Shown here: positions 27,172 through 42,732 of the stretch, piece after piece | Layout: each line of letters starts with the position of its first letter | How positions within the stretch are numbered: the stretch's first letter is position 1 | Source: Octopus sinensis | Taxonomy: Eukaryota | DNA: 64,000 bases | Assembly: GCF_006345805.1 (NCBI RefSeq) | Contig: NC_043001.1 | Coordinates: forward strand, 28,210,001 to 28,274,000 | Direction of reading: 5' to 3' | The notes under the pieces: model-generated | The model's input: only the letters and a program-made list of their open reading frames with translations | Told to the model about the DNA's origin: nothing | Databases searched by the model: none | Translations under genes and position numbers: made by a program

Positions 27172-27460
27172 AATATTTATAGAAGCTTACGAAAGAGCGA
27201 TGTAAACGTTGACGCTTGACATACAAGATAAAGTAAGCAAATATCCTTTAAATAAATCCTTAACATTACTTAATACAATCATATATACTGTCACTATTGA
27301 CCAAAGTTCTATGCGATCTGCGATATGGGCCTCAAAACAACAACAGCTTAACTAAGGTGATTGATAGATAGATACATACATACATACATACATACATGCA
27401 TACATACTTACATGCATAGATATATGTGTGTGTGTATGTGTATGTATATATATATGCAGA

Positions 27461-27507
<47 letters not shown>

Positions 27508-28437
27508 CGAAGATCGACAGTCAGACAAATAATCATGGATAATGAACAAATACGTAGATATATACATACATGTATAGATAGATAGGTAGATAGATAGTTA
27601 GAAAGATACACATACATACATACATACATACATACATAAATACATACATACATACATACATACATACATACATACATACATACATACATACATACATACA
27701 TACATACATACATACATACGCTTCCACAGTCTTCACTCTTTCTGCTATTGAGTATATCATCTTTAACAAAAGGCAAGAAATGTTCACTTCATGTAATCAT
27801 ACACTCAACTGATACATACATACATACATACATACATACATACATACATACATACATACATACAAACTCTAACGTATACTGACATGCATACATTTATAAT
27901 GTATTTGTGCATGTTTGTGTGGATGGACATTAGTTTCCGTGTATGAATTTACCCTTGCCTGAAGTCCTTGACCCAATCAACGAAAGTTATAAACTAAATG
28001 CAAAAGCCAACAAGAAAAAAGATGAAGGTTAATTTGCCGTTAGCAAAATCAAGTCAGAATTGCTAATATGTTAACATGTTTGTTAGACTACACTGCAGCT
28101 GCCATTCCGAGTCATATGGCCGATGTTAGTGCCGTGTGTCTGCAAACATTAAGAACATATTTGAAGAGAAAATTACAAGTTTCATTAGACATTATTAGAT
28201 TGGCAAAAAGACAATGTGAAGGAAACAAAATGGCTGTCATGTTTTAGCGTTATGTGCGTTATTTTTCCGTGTAGTTTGGTTCAACCTACTTTACGATTCA
28301 CGGTTGCTTCATCTGCTCATCCATTCGCACATATATACACTCTCATTATATATATAAGCTAGTATACATATATGCTTGTGTGTGAGTGTGTGTGCGTATG
28401 TTAGTGTGTGCGGCTCTGTGTATGTATGTGTGTGTAT

Positions 28438-28484
<47 letters not shown>

Positions 28485-29785
28485 AGTTTCGGTTCAGAAA
28501 CAGTTTAATTTTACACTATATATCTTTTTGCTTATTATCTCCGCTATCCTAGCATGTTTACTAATTTCGTACGTTTGTGTACGTTTCAATTAATTTAATC
28601 ATTTGTGTTTTTATGCGTGTTTTTCAATATTTTGTGCTGCAATGATTTTTTTCCATGACACCTGTCCTGCTTACCTTCCTAACGGCCAATCGAAGGACAA
28701 GAAGCTCTGACAAAGTACTTAAGGTTAGCTTTTAATTACTGAACTCAAAGTAGATAAAACTATGTATAACAGCTTTTAAATTCTAACTTCCACTGAGAAA
28801 GAAAACGAATTATTTCACATTTTCTTGATGTTTTTAAATTCTAAGAATTATTTTTTAGATAAGATGTTATAATGTTGATCGTTATCTTCATCTATCGAGA
28901 CAATGAGACAATGCCTCTACGTGCTTGCCCAACTAATAGATTAGTTGTTAAAGAAACCTTGAGTCACACTCGACCGTTTGGTTAAAGAGCGTATCTGGTA
29001 ATATAAGTGGGAGTTCATAATTCTTAAAAAAGTATGGCACTGTCAATAGCTAATATAGCTTTGGTTATAGATCTCTGATCAACCAGGATTCATCGGGAGT
29101 TAAATATTAGCAATGGTCTACCACCTACCTAATGACTGGTCATCTCCTTTGCTTTCTTCGATTATCTTCCCTCGTACTCTTCGATCTTATTTTCAGCCTT
29201 CTGACATATATCTCCGAATTGGAGCACAATGAAAATGGTAGGAATTCTTTTAATTTAAAGTACTTGAACTCGCCTAATTTATAGTTCACAAGCATTTACA
29301 AGCTAATGTGTAGCAATGGGGAGTATCCATGCAAACCAGCAATGAGAATTAGACACAAATGTAATAAAAAGAAATAATTATGGTAAACTATCCCGTTTGA
29401 CATTTCGATTACTTATCTTGTAATTTATATTTTTAATCCCAGCTCTTTAGTCTCTGTCAATACAGAAGAGCGCATTCTCTGTTAAATATTTACTACATAC
29501 GAAATTCACGGATGAGGTACAACAAAAGTTTTCGCTCACTTATTAAATTATTTGTCTTTAGTAGAAATTTATTTTTATCATATTTTTATCTAATGGTACA
29601 AATTTTGTAAAGAGTACGATCGATCTTTTATTTGATTTGCAATTGTGTTATTGAACTCATCAAGCCGCAGGAGAATAAAATAGTTAAGTCCGTTTCAACA
29701 GAGCTCGAAATAATTCTGTATTTGTAGCAGTTTGTAGTATAGATACATCTAACATTTTGTATGTCAAGAAAGCGAGAGGTTAGAA

Positions 29786-30200
29786 GGTGGCGAGCTGGCA
29801 GAAACGTTAGCACGTCGGGCGAAATGCGTAGCCGTATTTCGTCTGCCGTTACGTTCTGAGTTCAAATTCCACCGAGGTCGACTTTGCCTTTCATCCTTTC
29901 GGGGTCGATTAAATAAGTACCAGTTACGCACTGGGGTCGATATAATAGACTTAATCCGTTTGTTTGTTCTTGTTTGTCTTCTCTGTGTTTAGCCCCTTGT
30001 GAGCAGTATAGAAATAGGTATTTCCTCTGCCGTTACGTTCTGAGTTCAAATTCCACTGAGGTCGACTTTGCCTTTCATCCTTTCGGGGTCGATAACGTAA
30101 GTACCAGTTACGCACTGAAGTCGATGTAATCGACTTAATCCCTTTGTCTGTCCTTGTTTGTCCCTTCTATGTTTAACCCCTTGTGGGCAATAAAGAAATA
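29786..30200 (+). mobile_element. SINE family A dimer
   Basis: Single head plus two ~180-bp units; TSD-like aagaaag..agaggt at 29766-29780 and 30200-30214. Confidence 0.9.
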
Positions 30201-30864
30201 AGAAAGATAGAGGTCAAACAAACGTCGGAAAGGACAAAGTGAAAATGAATATTCCAGAAAAATTCCAGATGCAACAATAAGTAACTAGATATCGTCTACC
30301 TGGTTAAATATGCTCTCTTGTATTATAAAAAGTTCAATAGAAAACTTTCTTCTCAGACAGCATATATATATATGTATATATATATAAATGTATGTGTTTG
30401 TGTGCGTATGTGAATCTGTGTGTTTCTGTACGTATTGGGTATTGTTGAGATTAATTGCATACGGTATAGACGGTCTTCTTCTTTTCAGATGCAATTACAT
30501 GTGCCTTTACTTTGTCCAGATGCTCCTATCACTGTTATCTCTCAAGCCTATTGATAACTGATATCCAACTTTCCGAAGAGCACGTTGTTTTCTGAACGCT
30601 CAGAAATTGCGTGAAGGTTTCATATTTGTTGCGTTGTTAAAACAGGAGAGATTTATGCATAATCAGTAAATCATTAGCTTCGTAAACTTTCTCCTCGTGT
30701 GTTTCTTTATTTATTTACTTCGTGTAGCAATTGGTGATCAATACAGTTGCTGCTTTGAAGGCTCCAGTGGGCTAATGCCTGGTGCACCGAAATTGCAATG
30801 AGAATAAAAAAGAATTTGAGCTGTGACAGAAAAATATCAGAATGGACCTCTTACCTCTCTCTCC

Positions 30865-31012
<148 letters not shown>

Positions 31013-31016
31013 CAGT

Positions 31017-31376
31017 GGAGGCGCAATGGCCCAGTGGTTAGGGCAGCGACTCGCGGTCGCAGGGTCACGGTTTCGGTTCCCAGACCGAGCGTTGTGAGTG
31101 TTTATTGAGCGAAAACACCTAAAGCTTTGGCAGCGGTGGTGGGTGGCGAACCCTGCTGCACTCTTCCACCACAACTTCCTCTCACTCTTTCTTCCTGTTT
31201 CTGTTGTGCCTGTATTTCAAAGGGCCAGCCTTGTCACACTCTGTGTCATGCTGAATCTCCTCCTACGTGTATGTGGAGTGCTCAGCCACTTGCACGCTAA
31301 TTTCACGAGTAGGCTGTTCCGTTGATCGGATCGGATCAACTGGAACCTTCGTCCTCTTACCGACGGAGTGCCACGA

Positions 31377-31378
<2 letters not shown>
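31017..31378 (+). mobile_element. SINE family C inserted in (TA)n
   Basis: Full head and tail; TA tracts on both sides. Confidence 0.9.
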
Positions 31379-31416
<38 letters not shown>

Positions 31417-31495
31417 CTGAAAAGTGGTTAAGAGTCCATACAAATCAAAAATTATAGTTACCTTTTTAACTGTGTATATATATATATATATATAG

Positions 31496-31631
31496 GTAAA
31501 CGTTAATAAAACACAAACTGGGACAAGAACGTGAAACATTTTGAAGACGGCAAAAAAACACACAGACGGGACTTTCGAAGCTCTCAGTCATCAGTCAAGA
31601 ACCAGATCATCTTCGCAATTTCGGCTGATTA
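31496..31631 (-). mobile_element. Penelope-like terminal repeat fragment (family of 35609-35867) with partial scrambled hammerhead motif
   Basis: cagtcatcagtcaagaaccagatcatc..caatttcggctgatt homologous to 35697-35744; TA on both sides. Confidence 0.7.
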
Positions 31632-31652
31632 TATATATATATATATATATAT

Positions 31653-31802
<150 letters not shown>

Positions 31803-31803
31803 G

Positions 31804-31862
<59 letters not shown>

Positions 31863-32305
31863 TTCGTTTTTGTATTTGGTTTGCAAGATTCTTTATGTGA
31901 ATTCGTGTGTTGAAGCACATTCTATTCTGTTTCGGGAGTGCCAAAATTTACTTAATTTGAGACTGAAATATAAAATTTTACTCATTCGGTACCGACCACG
32001 AATCCATCACTTTCAAGCTAACAGTAAGAACTGGGACAATGTATTTTTTTTTTCCTGTGCCAAAGTGAATGGAGACTAATTTAAGGTAACATGAATCATC
32101 CAATACATTTGTCCCCAATTTTGAAGGATCCTTTCTTGGTATTATTATTGTAAATAGTTATTTTGATTTATTATTATATATTTATTAATATCTCTTTATT
32201 CTTATATTCGATCTCACTCTTTCACACGATAAGAATACCGACTGTTCGCTGTATTTGTTTTTATCTTTATTTCCTTCATGTATTTTAATGAAATCATATA
32301 CAGTA

Positions 32306-32719
32306 GGCGCAGGAGTGGCTGTGTGGTAAGTAGCTTGCTAACCAACCACATGGTTCCGGGTTCAGTCCCACTGCGTGGCATCTTGGGCAAGTGTCTTCTG
32401 CTATAGCCCCGGGCCGACCAATGCCTTGTGAGTGGATTTGGTAGACGGAAACTGAAAGAAGCCTGTCGTATATATGTATATATATATATGTGTGTGTCTG
32501 TGTTTGTCCCCCTAGCATCGCTTGACAACCGATGCTGGTGTGTTTACGTCCCCGTCACTTAGCGGTTCGGCAAAAAGAGACCGATAGAATAAGGACTGGG
32601 CTTACAAAGAATAAGTCCCGGGGTCGAGTGTTGCTCGATTAAAGGCGGTGCTCCAGCATGGCCGCAGTCAAATGACTGAAACAAGTAAAAGTAAAAGTAA
32701 AAAGTAAAAAAGTAAAGTA
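32306..32719 (+). mobile_element. SINE family B, full length
   Basis: ggcgcaggagtggctgtgtggtaag ... (GTAAAA)n tail. Confidence 0.92.
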
Positions 32720-34590
32720 CCCAAGGTTTGGAAAACAGTACAAGCCTCGAACATGTGTATGTAAACGTGTGTGTTTAATTGAACGAGGGAGTAAATTATT
32801 TGGCACTGGTATAAATAAGGGAGTTTGTGCATACATGAAAGAATAATTGTATGAAAAATAGTTGAATGAATTGGATAATGATTGAAAGAATGAAAGAATG
32901 AAAGAATGAAAGAATTAACGAATAAAAGAATGAATGGGTGACAAGCCTTGCTGTGTAACCAATTCTTCCATCGACTGATTTAATTATATATAATTACCAT
33001 AGAGATATATCTACATTTAGAGAGACGCCATTAGCATAAAGCCAAAACATTTTACATACGACATGGTACTACAATGGAAGAATAATATACTGAAAGGATA
33101 TTAGTACCCAAAAATAACAGGGACGCAAGTATGATATGCATAGAACAGCGTAAAATGAGATGATTATGAGGATGACTCAGCCTGGTCTTCAACTGAATAA
33201 TTTTCAAATTTCTCAAATCAACACAAGTAGATAGAAATAGCTGACGATAACGCCAGTGACGTTAACCTAGATCCTTTCCATGAATTTCTTTCTTTTTTAT
33301 ATGTTATTATTATTTTTGAGACTGCTGAGAAAAACCAGATCGATCGACAGTGTTATCAATAGGCTGACAAATAGTTTAGAGCGAACTGCATCGCCATGCT
33401 AGCAGTAAGCGGCGAGCAATAAATAGAATGTACAGTCAGAAAACACAAGTGTCTCGATTTAGTTGGAAAAAAAAAAACGGGAGACATTACTGCAAAAATT
33501 ATTTGTCAACTGATAGTACACAGGCTAAGAATGTCTGTTACTCGGAGTGAGAACAACAATATTTGATGAGAAAAAGGTGAGTTATGCCTTCAAGAAAATT
33601 CCAGATATATAAGTTGAGTTAATTATTTGTTTATCTTTTTCAATATTTTGAGATGAAATCTCGTAAGAACCAAACTTTGCCAGTAATCTCTGACACGATT
33701 GGAGATACATATCGAATTTGATGAAGCAGAACTGTAATCTAACGCGTTCCAGCCCTGACAATCCAGTGTTTATTTCAGATATGATGCATCTAGGATTATA
33801 TTTTCAAATACATTTCTTCTTTAAGATGATACAGTGTGATTTGAGGGAGATTTGCTTTCTACATCTATCAGATCGATTCGAGTAATTATCAATAATGTAA
33901 CGAACAAAAGACAGAGGTGCAATGCGATCATTTAGCATGGTGGAAATAACAGTGAATCTGCCTTCATTCACTTCTAGGATAATACAGTTGTAGATATTCA
34001 ATGACTAAAGGAAAGAGGGTATTCTTGTTTAGAACGTATATAATCACAGGTCAATGCTTATTGAATAGGTCTGGAGTTAAACAATAACAACAGCTAGTAA
34101 TATACAAAAGCTCGGGTCTATCGGATGTAGCAGTGAATATATACATGCACAAATACACACACACACACACACAGAAAAAAAGGTAAATAAAGGAAAATGT
34201 CCCTGGCATTTGAAAACTATGGAAATATTTTTAGAAACAATTAATTTAATTTTTTCCACAATTTAATTGTTTTTCATGCTTTACTTCAAGTTGGAAAAGT
34301 CGCAAAGACTGAAACTAGTACTAAAATGTTCTTCATGATAAAATTATTTTAACATTTTCTACCTTGTGTTATTTTCCTTATATATATGTATGTGTGTGTG
34401 TGTACGACGGGCTTCTTTTAATTTTCGTCTACCAATCCACTCACAACGCTTTATCAGCCCGATGCTTTACTAGTAAAACACTCACCCAAGGTGCCACGCA
34501 GTGGGACTGGAGCCGAGAGCATGTGGTTGGGAAGCGAACTTCTTACCACACAGCCACGCCTACGTCTTGATAACAATAATATACAGTCAT

Positions 34591-34704
34591 AAGTTAAGTT
34601 AAGTTAAGTTTTTGGCTCAAAAAGCAAAAAGAAAGGCCATGTAGGGGGACATGGAGTTATGTACAGGGAAGGTGTTCATGCAAAGAGTTCAGGCCATTTC
34701 TGGT
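34591..34704 (-). mobile_element. 5'-truncated LINE-like 3' end with (AACTT)n tail
   Basis: Minus strand ...ccccctacatggcctttctttttgctttttgagccaaaaacttaacttaacttaactt; tail type is typical of non-LTR retroelements (inference). Confidence 0.5.
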
Positions 34705-35566
34705 CAGTGTTTATTTCAGATATGATGCATCAAGGAGTATATTTTCAAATGCATTTCTTCTTTAAGATGATACAGTGTGATTTGAGGGAGATTTGCTTTC
34801 TACACCTATCAGATCGATTCAAGTAATTATCAATAATGTAACGAACAAAAGGCAACTATCATCTTAATGATTCCTGAAAGCAAACTTCTTACCACGCAGC
34901 CATGCCTGCCCCTATTTCGGTTGTCCGAAATAGGAGCACACACTAACTTAAAACAAAAAATATCATGCTGGAGAATATATTCAGATATATATATATATAA
35001 CCGGTGGGCCAAATTCAAAAAGGGCCTTATTTATTGAGTTGGTTGCACCCCCTGCAAATTTAGTTTGAAGGTACCACATTGTTCCTGGTTCTACGGGGAT
35101 GACATTTTCACTTTTAGTCATTCGCACAACCTGTCTGGTAATAAGGGCTGGGTGGAGGGATAAAATGATCGTGGTTGAAATGTCTTTAACTGCAAGTCTG
35201 GTGGTAGACAGAGAGACGGGTGAAAGAGAGAGAGAACGAGAGAGAAAGAAAAGGATGGAAAGGGAAGGTAACAAATGGGAGATACTGAGTGAGTAAAGGA
35301 AAGGAAAACTGGACGTTCAAGGGACGCTGTAAGCTGACAATAAGATTGATTAAGAGAAAAAGATGCTTCTGTAACTCATTTAAAAAACCATGATTAACGA
35401 ATTACTAAAAAGGAAAATCCCACAAAATATATGTAGATAGCCATCTGCACACACGCACATATGTATATATATACATAAACACATACATACATGCATACAT
35501 ACATACACGCACATGCACATGCGCATTTATATATATGTATTGTTGTATATATGTGTGTATATATAT

Positions 35567-37047
<1,481 letters not shown>

Positions 37048-37425
37048 GGAGGTGCAATGGCCCAGTGGTTAGGGCAGCGGACTCGTGGTCGTAGGATCGC
37101 GGTTTCGATTCCCAGACCGGGCGTTGTGAGTGTTTATTGAGCGAAAACACTTGAAGCTCCACGAGGCTCCGGCAGGGGTGTGGTGAACCCTGCTGTACTC
37201 TTTCACCACAACTTTCTCTCAGTCTTTCTTCCTGTTTCTGATGTACCTGTTTTCCAAAGGGCCAGCCTTGTCACACTGTGTCACATTGAGTCTCCCCGAG
37301 AACTACGTTCAGAGTACATGCGTCTGTGAAGGGCTCAGCCACTTGCACGTTAATTTCACAAGCAAGCTGTTCCGTTGATCGGATCAACTGGGACCCTGCG
37401 TCGTCGTAACCGACGGAGTGCTACG
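37048..37425 (+). mobile_element. SINE family C, copy 1 of tandem pair
   Basis: Full length; shares private variants with 37674-38051. Confidence 0.9.
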
Positions 37426-37542
<117 letters not shown>

Positions 37543-37673
37543 TATATATATATATATATTATATATATATATATATATATATTATATAATATATATATAA
37601 TATATATATATAATTATATATATATATCTATATATATATAATATATATTATATATATGTATATATATATATAT

Positions 37674-38051
37674 GGAGGTGCAATGGCCCAGTGGTTAGGG
37701 CAGCGGACTCGTGGTCGTAGGATCGCGGTTTCGATTCCCAGACCGGGCGTTGTGAGTGTTTATTGAGCGAAAACACTTGAAGCTCCACGAGGCTCCGGCA
37801 GGGGTGGTGGTGAACCCTGCTGTACTCTTTCACCACAACTTCTCTCAGTCTTTCTTCCTGTTTCTGATGTACCTGTTTTCCAAAGGGCCAGCCTTGTCAC
37901 ACTGTGTCACATTGAGTCTCCCCGAGAACTACGTTCAGAGTACATGCGTCTGTGAAGGGCTCAGCCACTTGCACGTTAATTTCACAAGCAAGCTGTTCCG
38001 TTGATCGGATCAACTGGGACCCTGCGTCGTCGTAACCGACGGAGTGCTACG
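37674..38051 (+). mobile_element. SINE family C, copy 2 of tandem pair
   Basis: Offset 626 from copy 1, same flanks. Confidence 0.9.
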
Positions 38052-38121
<70 letters not shown>

Positions 38122-38614
38122 TATATATATAATATATGCAAGACTTCAAAAATAAGCCAATTGAGGTCTTAGTATTTTTTAATGTTCTTTTGAAATATGT
38201 TCTATACCGATAATGTAAAGATTACGATCTTGTAATATCGAGATATCAATCTATGCTTAATAATCTTTGATATAGCAGATTTAGATACTACATACAATGT
38301 TTTGATAAGGAAAGAAAATGATGAAATATCGATATTTGGAGAATCTATGGCATATTGTTGAATATAAAGCTTTATTCAATACTTACATGTGTGTGCATGT
38401 GTATGTCTTTCAGTATGTATATGCATATAATATTTTCTAACATTTTACTTCTTACGTATGCGCCTATCTCTCGCTCTTTCTTTTACGGTACACACATACA
38501 CACACATAAATACATACATATATATATACATACGTATGTATATACATACGTACATATACATATATATATTTGTGTATAAACAGACACATACACACACACA
38601 TATATATGTATGTA

Positions 38615-38660
<46 letters not shown>

Positions 38661-38661
38661 T

Positions 38662-38935
<274 letters not shown>

Positions 38936-40064
38936 ATATATACATATACATATAGGTATGTACATATATATGCATATATTTATTTATATATTGTTTATAT
39001 TATTATATATACATGTATATGTACACACGTACCTAAATATATATATTTATATACTCACAAAACATAAAAACACATATATGTATATATAGATAGATATGTG
39101 TGTATGTGTATGTGTGTGTACGTGCGCCCGCGTATGTATGTATGTACATACCTACATATGTATGTATGCATGTATGTATGTATGTATGTATGTATGTATG
39201 TATGTATGTATGTATGTATGTATGTGTGTACTCGCGACCACATATTCATTGATATGTGTATTTATATAAGCGGTTTTGTGTACCAGCAACAACTCAATAA
39301 TTTGCTTCATAGTAAAATGATTTCTAAAGTCCTTCAAAATCCGAAATAACATTTAACATTACGTTAATGTCTGCCTATTGTCAAATCTAAATACTTTACA
39401 AAAACATAACCTTTTATTGCCTGAGGTCAATTCATAATGGAAATATTGGCATTTGAAATATGGAATCTTTAGCTGAACCTTCTTCAGTGTAATGTCAGTC
39501 GTTATCCGAAATTATATGCTTCTCGAGTTATGTATAACGCAACGCGATTTCGAAATGTTATTAACGCAGTATTGCATTTAAAAATTGTGACTTTATGTTT
39601 CAGTAACGTTTAATACTTGGTTGGATCGTAGATGTAGTTATGTAGAAATCAAGATACCCAACTGTTGGGCCTTTCTTTGAAGGCTGTTGTTTGCGGTCAT
39701 CAACTGCTGACTATCGTTCCTGCTTAGGACCATGTTAAGCCTGGCAGAGCAAACTAAGATCAAAAACATTACTACACTTTAGAATTAACTAGAGCTTCCT
39801 TGTTCTAGATGGTGTAGTTTTCAAATTGAAGAAAATATTTCTACTATTTCTAGCAATACTAGCGGTTATATATAAACTTCATCAATACACAGATAAGAAG
39901 AAGTGAATTCCTTCGACCGAGGATTGAAACTACATGCCAGGTTCTTCACGCAGTAGAATTTTTCTATAGAGCGTCATTTAGAACAGATTCGGAAACTATA
40001 GGTAGAGACATCTAATAAAACAGATTATCAATCTTAAGTTAACTGCTTCATGTTGATAATGGTT

Positions 40065-40302
40065 TCAACTTTTCACACAAGGCCAGCAATTTTAGGGATT
40101 TGCTGCGGTTGACCTGGGCAGCAAAGTTGACCTGGACAGCAAAGTTCACCTGGGCAGCAAAGTTGACCAGGGTAGCGTTTGAACTCAGAACATAAAGACG
40201 GACAAAATGCATAGGCGGTGAGATGGCAGAATCATTTGCGTGCCGGACAAAATGCGCTAATCATTTTGTCCGGCACGCAAATGATTCTGCCATCTCACCA
40301 CC
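40065..40302 (-). mobile_element. SINE A2 with an 18-bp internal tandem repeat and an inverted duplication of its head
   Basis: gttgacctgggcagcaaa x3-4 at 40108-40175; 40214-40254 is the reverse complement of 40262-40302 (one mismatch). Confidence 0.85.
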
Positions 40303-40536
40303 TTACTGCTTAATTTTAGTAACAAATGTAATATTGTGATATCAGAGTGATGTGTTATGTGATATCAGAGACAAAGTGTATCACAGATCATATTCCTCCA
40401 ATTGGCTCAACATCAAAATACTTTTGAAGGCTGGAATCTATCAAAGTGTACAGAAGTACAGTAAAGACGTGAAGCTCTTTCTAATAGATTATGTACATTA
40501 TTTACATTTGACGGATATTTGTCCTCATCTTGTTAA

Positions 40537-40577
40537 AACAACGTTTCGGCTAATATTCCTTCCAACCTTCATCAACC
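40537..40577 (-). ncRNA. Degraded minimal hammerhead (left arm)
   Basis: Minus strand tTGATGA a ggttg-gaaggaatat-tagcc GAAA cg TT gttt; stem I lost by deletion. Confidence 0.5.
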
Positions 40578-40624
40578 TGGGTTCTCATTCCTAAGGTATT
40601 TTTCTATGTTGTTATTATTATTGC

Positions 40625-40677
<53 letters not shown>

Positions 40678-40695
40678 TATTATATTATTATTATT

Positions 40696-41190
40696 GAGTG
40701 AGAGAGCAGTTCATGCCATCAAGGTGACACTGGGGTAAAATATACGAAGCCCAATATACCCATCATGACTACCCGTCTGATAAAGGTACACCAGGCACAT
40801 GCATCACAACCATATGTGCGCGACATGGTGATCTCATATCAAGATAAACAGCACATGACCTTGCAGGTGGGGCCCAGTTAGAATTTTCTTCAGGTTGAAT
40901 AGCCCATCCCGCTCAAACGGTCCCTGAATAAGGGTTGTTTAAGGATGTTGAAAGAACCACCCATGTTTCCAGAGGTGAACTATTCAAACCCCAAAGAATC
41001 CCTCTCAACACATGGCTATGATGCTCCCCCACTACTTCTGCTCGTGATCAGAGATGCACATATCGTCAGCCACTAAGGGACATGCTCAACTGGTTAAGGT
41101 CAAACAACTGACAAGCAAATCTATGGTATTGAGCAGAATATTTGCTGTAGCCCATCTTTTATACCAAGACAAAACAATGTACATGATAAC
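40696..41190 (-). mobile_element. ~495-bp insertion in (ATT)n; probable 3' UTR of a TAA-targeting LINE (Dong/R4-like)
   Basis: Complex sequence bounded on both sides by pure ATT repeats and absent from the mirror arm; minus strand ends ..ctctctcactc(aat)n; clade assignment is inference. Confidence 0.55.
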
Positions 41191-41264
<74 letters not shown>

Positions 41265-41449
41265 CTCACTGCCTGGAATCGAACTCGGAATCTTGGGGTT
41301 AACTGCGCGGGCTACTAACCCCAAGATTCCGAGGTCGATTCTAGGTAGTGACCTGAATAATAATAACAATGATGACGATGATGATAATAAAAATGTATAC
41401 ATAGAAAAATACCTTCGGAATGAGAACCCAGGTTCGAAATTTCCCCCAA

Positions 41450-41495
41450 GACACCTGATGAAGGCTGGAGGGTATATCAGCCGAAATGTTGTGTT
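41450..41495 (+). ncRNA. Minimal type I hammerhead ribozyme motif
   Basis: gacac CTGATGA a ggctg-gagggtatat-cagcc GAAA tg TT gtgtt: canonical core, 5-bp stems I and II; mirror copy has cg, giving palindromic AACGTT stem III. Confidence 0.75.
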
Positions 41496-42732
41496 AACAA
41501 CAAACAAGATGAGGACAAATATCTGTCAAATGTAAATAGTGTAAATAATGTACATAATTCCTCATCTCTTAACTATAGAACTGTACTCTTTATAATATTC
41601 AGCCTGATCTCTAGAATGCTAACGAGTGTTTCCTGAAGTTGTAAAGTTATGATCGATAGTCGGAACTGGAAAGCCACTTCAGTGTATTTTGTTTCATAGA
41701 TTTTGACATTGGTAGAAGCTAAAGTTAAAACCAGATAAGTATAAACTACTTTAGAAAGTATCTCAGAATGTACTTTCGTAAAAAGACTAAATAAACAACT
41801 AAGTGGGTTTTAGGATATTCTGACGACTTGAATAGAAGTGGTTTGAGAGCTAACAAAATAGCAAGTAAGGGAAACGTATCGTAAAGATAGAGATAAGAAC
41901 TTCGTGGTCAGAATCCTTTGGTAGTCAAAAACTGATTAGTGTTATGGGAAAAAAGTAAAATAAATAAAACAAAAATTGGGGAAAATTAACTTCAGTTCTA
42001 AGTACCTCTAAGGATCTTACATTGATCTTTTGTCAGGCCTCAAAATATTCGGCTTTAGATAGAGTTTATTAAGAGTATTTCAATTGAATCGAACTATGTA
42101 GAGTGAAAGAAGAAATGAGTTCTATTCCACCTAGTTCTATATGATACCATCTTTATAAAGAGTACAGAGTTGGAGGTTAATTGTGTGAGCCTCAGAAATC
42201 TTAAATGTGAACGCTAATGAAGTTCTTGTCATCACTCGTCAGTTTATTTGATTATAGGCAAATGTGAGGGCGGTGGGCCTGGCATGATGATTAGAGCGTC
42301 GAACAAAAGGAGTTGCGATATTTCTTCCGGCTATTACATTCATAGTTCAAATCTCAACGAGGTTACCTTTGCTTTTCTTCTTTCTGGGGTCGATTAAATA
42401 AAGAACCAATCAAGTATTAGATTTGATGCAATCCGTTGTTTCTCTACCTCTTAGCTTTTGGTCTCTGGCTTACGTTAGAAATAATATAGCAAGATATAAA
42501 TTTTAGCATATAATGAACTATTCTGGTTCTTATTCGGGGTTATTTTGCTCACTGAAATTATGCCTATAGTACTCCCGGAGAAACTCAATATAGCCTTATT
42601 ACGATCAAGTCCTTTAAAAAATACTCAGTTCAAGTTAATAGCAGTTATCCTTGGATACTTGACCAGAATTCCCTGACGTATTTACTCGTAAGAGATCATG
42701 GAAGAATTTGACATCGTTTTGCATCATCTGTG

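Larger units (their letters stand above)
40488..41585. mobile_element. Fold-back dimer of a tRNA-headed, (AAT)n-containing, hammerhead-bearing element
   Basis: 40488-40610 mirrors 41400-41558; 41262-41301 mirrors 41316-41355; ATT tract on the left arm mirrors AAT tract on the right. Confidence 0.8.

Noticed and set aside
31570-31600. Conventional hammerhead using CTGATGA...ttcGAAAgtc on the minus strand
   Set aside because: No proper stem II or III in that order, and the 35.7-kb homologue has GAAT; the scrambled pairing fits better
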